Assembly (NCBI GenBank): GCA_009602735.1
Contig: WELA01001056.1
Coordinates: 62,001 to 88,646 of the forward strand
Source: Mesotaenium endlicherianum
Lineage: Eukaryota
Direction: 5' to 3'
Length of the DNA: 26,646 nucleotides
Under the pieces are notes generated by a model. The model saw only the letters and a program-made list of their open reading frames with translations. It was not told the DNA's origin and did not search any database. Position 1 is the stretch's first letter. The number at the start of each line of letters is the position of its first letter. Positions 22,301 through 26,646 of the stretch are shown here, in pieces. Position numbers and translations under genes: made by a program.

Positions 22301-24209
22301 CGGAGGCGTTTGAGTTGTCACTTGCACAGTAGTAGTGCATGGATCCGGCTTCTCGCTGCGTTCTGTGGAGTGCACGTTCGGGATGCCTGTGACGCACTCT
22401 TCTGCTCTTGCGCCTGACGAGTGCGGCCAGGTGGCGGGCTGCAGGGCATCGGGCTGAAGCTGGAGGACGCGCTCGTCTTCTGGCGATCCGAATTTGCGCA
22501 GAAGGTGAGACCACACGCACACGCCAGCACACATGCACACACTCGCGCACGCACTACACGCACACATGGGCACGCACGCACACATGCAGACACGCGTGCG
22601 CAGTGGCGCGAACGCGTGCTGTGGCTCTGGCAGCTGGCAGTAGCTTGCCAGAGTAGTGAGCACACTGCCTCACACGCACGTACTTGGCACACTGATTCTT
22701 TAGTTGTGTGGTCTCTTCTGCGAGGAAGTGGGTCCCCATCTAGTCTGAAACTAAGAAGATGACGCTGCCTGGTCTGAGGAGAACTGACATGCAGACAGGC
22801 AGGCGGGGCAGGCAGTCAGCTCTTCACACACACACACACACACACATGCACGGAAGGTGGGAGCTTTTCAGCTTGTGTGGTCCTAGGAGTGAGGGTGCCT
22901 CTGTGTGATGCCACGTGGCGCGCGGGCACAAGAGCCAGTACACACGCTCGTGCGGGTGGTCTGCGTCTGACGTCCGGCTGCCGCGCGTGGGGGGTGGTGA
23001 TCGGGGGATCGAGAGCGTGCAGAGCGGCGCGGAGAAGTTTGAGAAGGAGTACGCGTACGGCATCCGCTACAACTACGGCAAGGAGGGCAAGCGCACAGTA
23101 AGCTGCTCTTTCCCTCCCCTCCCCCTCCCCCTCCCCTCCCCTTGCCTCACCTCGACTCACCTCGCCTCGCCTCCCCTTTTCTCCCCATGCCTTCCCTCCC
23201 CTCGCCTCACCTCCTCCCTCCCCTCCTCTCCCCTTCCCTCCCCTCCCCCGCTAAGCCCCTACGTCCCCTACCCTACAGTACAGATGCAGAATTGAGGCGT
23301 ATGGGACGTGCACGCTGCAGCAGGCCCCAGGGCCGCGTTCAGGTCAGCCCAGAGACGAAGGGTTCTGGATATGCTGAGCGCGCGTAAGGTTGAGATTCTC
23401 GAGTTTGGGGAGGAAGCCCTCGGCCGGCCGACTCTCACTACATGCATCAGAGCTCACGCTCTGTCGCAGCGCTGAGCTGGACTGAAGGGAGTGCCCAATC
23501 ACCCGCGCTGTCCTCTGCACTCTCTCTCAAACTCACTCAGCGATTGCTTCTGTGCTGTCGGATTAAGAAGCCGAGCTAAGGGCAGCAGCCCGCCTTCATG
23601 AACTGTCTTATTTGCAAACGGAGCCCTATTTGGCCCAGGTCCCCACCCCTCCTCCCCTCCCCCCTCATTTCATCTGACACTCTGCCTTTTCCCTTACATG
23701 CTGGTCCCTTTCTGTAATCTGGCGTCCTCCCACTGTCGCTCTCTTTGTCTCTCGCCGTGGTACCCCCGCTGCTGCTGCTTCTGCTCCTGCTGTTGCCGTT
23801 TCTGCTGCTGCTGGTGGTGGCTGTGCTGGATGGCTGGGAGAGTGGCAATGGGGATAAGGAGGGCAGGTGTACAGGCCCGCCGGTGGGAAGCTGACTCAAC
23901 TGGCTGACTGCTGGCTGACGGACTGATAGCAAATTATTCTTCTTCCTGCACCGGGCACGCCTGGGTTGCCACTCTTCCCCTGGCACGTCGTGGGGGTATG
24001 TGGACGCGTTCGTGCCGTGCCAGGAACATGCTTGGGGTGCCTCATGTACAAGGCTTGCACACAGAGACTGTGCCTGACTCGTTTCTCTCCCGTTGCGTGT
24101 GCGCGTGCCACCTGGCACGGCAGGACTGGACGCCGCCGTCGTGCATGAAGATCATCATGAGCACGCCAGGTGTCGGTGACCACCACGGCTGCCCGTATCG
24201 CCACTTCAG
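13346..24209 (+). CDS. PRIM2: DNA primase large subunit (p58/PriL, Pol alpha-primase); 16 exons seen, C-terminal exon(s) not found in the window
   Basis: Phase-compatible GT-AG exons: 13346-13505, 13835-13896, 14491-14594, 15424-15505, 16176-16235, 16831-16888, 17683-17702, 18214-18297, 18934-18998, 19799-19847, 20587-20634, 21361-21450, 21989-22048, 22445-22504, 23023-23097, 24124-24209 (1163 nt, 387 codons). Motifs: LEEFEQYALDRLRVL, KDVISHFVLRLAYC, YKVPFEEV, FPLCM, QLGLFLKGIGL, YGKEGKRTD, GDHHGCPYRHF. Three of the four Fe-S cysteines are present. Confidence 0.96.
18764..18796 (+). repeat. (GCT)n microsatellite, intronic
   Basis: Near-perfect GCT/CTG run; similar runs near 2900-2945 and 23768-23812. 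Confidence 0.85.
20458..20532 (+). repeat. (GCCT/GCTT)n tetranucleotide microsatellite, intronic
   Basis: About 16-18 TGCC/TGCT units shortly upstream of the acceptor at 20586. Confidence 0.9.
21640..21955 (+). repeat. Alternating purine-pyrimidine (TG/CG/TA) low-complexity tract, intronic
   Basis: Long degenerate (GT)n/(GTGC)n sequence; related tracts at 20794-20900 and the CA-rich 22511-22600 and 22825-22846. Confidence 0.85.
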
Positions 24210-25103
24210 GTACATTTCACAAACCCCCCCCCCCTACCCCCCTCCNNNNNNNNNNNNNNNNNNNNNNNNNNNNNNNNNNNNNNNNNNNNNNNNNNNNNNN
24301 NNNNNNNNNNNNNNNNNNNNNNNNNNNNNNNNNNNNNNNNNNNNNNNNNNNNNNNNNNNNNNNNNNNNNNNNNNNNNNNNNNNNNNNNNNNNNNNNNNNN
24401 NNNNNNNNNNNNNNNNNNNNNNNNNNNNNNNNNNNNNNNNNNNNNNNNNNNNNNNNNNNNNNNNNNNNNNNNNNNNNNNNNNNNNNNNNNNNNNNNNNNN
24501 NNNNNNNNNNNNNNNNNNNNNNNNNNNNNNNNNNNNNNNNNNNNNNNNNNNNNNNNNNNNNCTCTTCTCTCCCTCTCCCCCCTCCTCTCTCCCTCTTTCT
24601 CCACCTCAACCGCCCTGCCTCTCTTCAGATCTCGCCCCCCGACTCCAATAATAGCATCAGGGCTGCCCGTGAGCTGTCACTCAAAGAGCTGGGGGTTGCA
24701 AGTCTTTGATACTCACGACTGGTCGGCCAGGAGAGAGCCAGTGGAGGGACCTGCTGGCTCGGCCTGCTGCTGTTCTGGGGAGGAGGAAGAGAGGGGCACG
24801 CTTGTGGGGCCTGTGTCGCGCGCGGCGCACTTCACGGGGCCGCGGAGGCAGGAGCCTGGAACCTGGAGCCTGGCGGGCTGCGATTTGAGATCTGAGATCT
24901 GAAAGAGGCCAGACTTTCTCCTGGCTTGTTCTAGAATGGAGTCGAGGAGAAGTTCGAGTGAACTTGCTGTGAGCTGGCGGGTTGCGTGAGCTTAGTGGCC
25001 GTGAATGTGACACTCACAAATGTCCCCCTCTTTTACCCCCCTCCCCCCCCCCCCCCAATGTTCATTTTGCTCTCCCCCGAGGCAAAAAAAATCTACAGCC
25101 TTA

Positions 25104-25409
25104 AAGAAGAGCAAAATCTAGATTTTGCTCTTCTTAGCCCAAGGAGCCCTTCGGGAAAATATTGTGCCCTCTAAGGCTCTATATTTTCCCGAAGGGCTGC
25201 CCCCCCACAATATGAATTAAGAGGTGCCCTTTGGGCGGGAGAACAAAATTGACATTTCGCGGGGCCCCGCGAAATATCAATCATCCCCCCGGGCTGCCCC
25301 CCTTCGGGGGGCACGTCGCCCCCTACGGGAAACACAATAGAAATGAAAAGGTTTCCCGTAGGGCCCGCAGAGGGCGGGGGGAGACCAAAATGTACATTTT
25401 GGTCTCCCC
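25104..25409. repeat. Cluster of perfect palindromes and inverted repeats in the mitochondrial-type spacer
   Basis: 32-bp perfect palindromes at 25104-25135 and 25378-25409; 18-bp inverted repeat at 25145-25162 / 25181-25198. Confidence 0.92.
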
Positions 25410-25559
25410 TCTTAATTTGTTTTGTATTGTCGGGGAAATAGACATTTTCTCTGCGAGGAACAAAAATGTCTATTTTGTACCGGAGGGGCAAACACAAATA
25501 TAGGCTCCCCCCACCTTTGAATTTTTATTGTGGAGGGGATGATCTAGATTTTGTTCTTC

Positions 25560-25661
25560 GAAAAGCCATTTTCGGGCTCCCCTCTGCAATGCTAGGTAAG
25601 TCGTATCTGATTGGCTGCAAGCATCTACAGCGCTGATTCACTTGGCAACTTACGGCCGCCC
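25560..25661 (-). other. 5' portion of a group II intron at nad3 position 211 (extent uncertain)
   Basis: Begins GGGCG, a variant of the GUGYG group II 5' consensus, exactly where Nad3 similarity stops. No domain V or exon 2 was recognised in the window. Confidence 0.7.
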
Positions 25662-25872
25662 CAAATATAATAAACAAAATAGAAACAAGATAAAATCGTA
25701 TATCAAAACGGCTTCTAGCATCATCAAAAGGATCAAACCCACATTCGTAAGCCGATAATTTTTCTGGGTAAGCCAAGTTAGAAGATGCAGAAAATAAAAA
25801 AGAAATACCAACTAATATTAAAGAGAGCAGCAAGCTAATCAGCAAATACACAGAAATGGGTGCAAATTCCAT
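25662..25872 (-). CDS. nad3: NADH dehydrogenase subunit 3, exon 1 (211 nt); non-functional if this is a nuclear copy
   Basis: MEFAPISVYLLISLLLSLIL...PEKLSAYECGFDPFDDARSRFDIRFYLVSILFIIF plus one G; similarity to Nad3 ends exactly at nt 211, inside the expected Asp codon of FDLE. Confidence 0.93.
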
Positions 25873-26111
25873 ATTTGAAAAATTAGTTTATATTGCGGTG
25901 TCAAGCAGGAACACCGACTATTTACGTGCGTTAAGACTCATTCTCCCTTCCCGAAAATGTGCATCCCCCCGGGCTGCCCGGGGGGCAGCCCTATACGGGC
26001 AAAGCAAAATGTCTATTTCCCCCACCATCTTTTTTAGAAAATAGGGGAAATGTACATTTTGTTCGGGGTCGGGGGGGTTTACGGTCTAATTAATGTATAC
26101 TACCGTTTCGT

Positions 26112-26185
26112 CAGGAGAAAAGGGATTCGAACCCTTAACCTCTGGTTTTGGAGACCATTGTTCTAGCCGTTGGAACTACTCTCCT
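26112..26185 (-). tRNA. trnW: tRNA-Trp(CCA), mitochondrial type
   Basis: AGGAGAG/TTCTCCT acceptor stem, GTTC/GAAC D-stem, TGGT-CTCCAAA-ACCA anticodon arm, AAGGG-TTCGAAT-CCCTT T-arm; no encoded CCA end. Confidence 0.93.
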
Positions 26186-26646
26186 TGTTTTTTTTCTGGC
26201 CAATTTCTTTAGTGAGTGTGTTGACACATCGATTTAGCCACTTTTTTATTGATGCTATCACTCTTCTACATGCTCTTTTTTTTACTCCCGAAAATTGATC
26301 TTCCAAAGTGGGCGGGGAAAGAATAAGCATTTCCATGTATTATTCTTCCCGACAATAGAAATTCAAAGGGCATCCTATCATGTTTCCCCTGACCTCTTAT
26401 TTTCTCTTGTGGCGGGGGGATGTACATTTTCGGAAAAATCTAGATTTTGTCCCCCCCCCACCTCTAGAGTTATACTGTGGGGGGGGGGGGGAAAAATGTA
26501 CATCATAGGATGGGGCGGGCCAGAAGAACAAAATCCAGAGCCTCCCCCCACAATATTTTGTTAGAGGTGGGGGGGGAGGGCATCTTATGATCTTGAGCCC
26601 GCAATAAAATCTCAAATTTTTTTGCGGGCTTTGGCTAAGGCCTCCC

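Larger units (their letters stand above)
25018..26646. other. Mitochondrion-derived segment (probable NUMT, or misassembled mtDNA); left boundary approximate
   Basis: Abrupt change in sequence style near 25018 with no N gap; contains nad3 exon 1, a group II intron 5' end, mitochondrial-type trnW and short palindromic repeats. Confidence 0.8.

Noticed and set aside
24562..25017. Possible next primase exon after the gap (AG at 24627-24628)
   Set aside because: No frame gives the expected continuation resembling ENLRAAL...HYQLAC...HPN.
25525..25661. C-terminal 45 aa of the 115-aa nad3 ORF
   Set aside because: Read-through into intron sequence; lacks the DLE...PW and C-terminal helix of Nad3, so the near-normal length is coincidental.

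Overview
Eukaryotic, intron-rich nuclear DNA, most likely from a non-seed streptophyte plant or alga (inferred from plant-type proteins, a plant-type tRNA-Arg and a nad3 intron at position 211). In order: (1) the last six coding exons of a signal peptide peptidase gene (+, 625-5025); (2) a complete Ty3/Gypsy chromovirus LTR retrotransposon (-, 5666-12341) with an ACACC target-site duplication, ~98% identical LTRs, an iMet-type PBS, a candidate -1 gag-pol frameshift cassette, a second frameshift inside pol, and a structured 3' UTR; (3) tRNA-Arg(ACG) at 12752-12824; (4) 16 exons of a DNA primase large subunit gene (+, 13346-24209, 3' end not seen); (5) from ~25018, mitochondrion-like DNA with nad3 exon 1, the start of a group II intron, trnW(CCA) and dense palindromic repeats, probably a NUMT. 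The least explained signal is in the retroelement 3' UTR: three units 167/178 bp apart whose short motifs keep exactly the same spacing while the sequence between them has diverged, plus a 43-bp-period array built the same way. Most short ORFs in the ORF track are spurious. All calls were made by eye; comparisons to known proteins are from memory and no database search was run.
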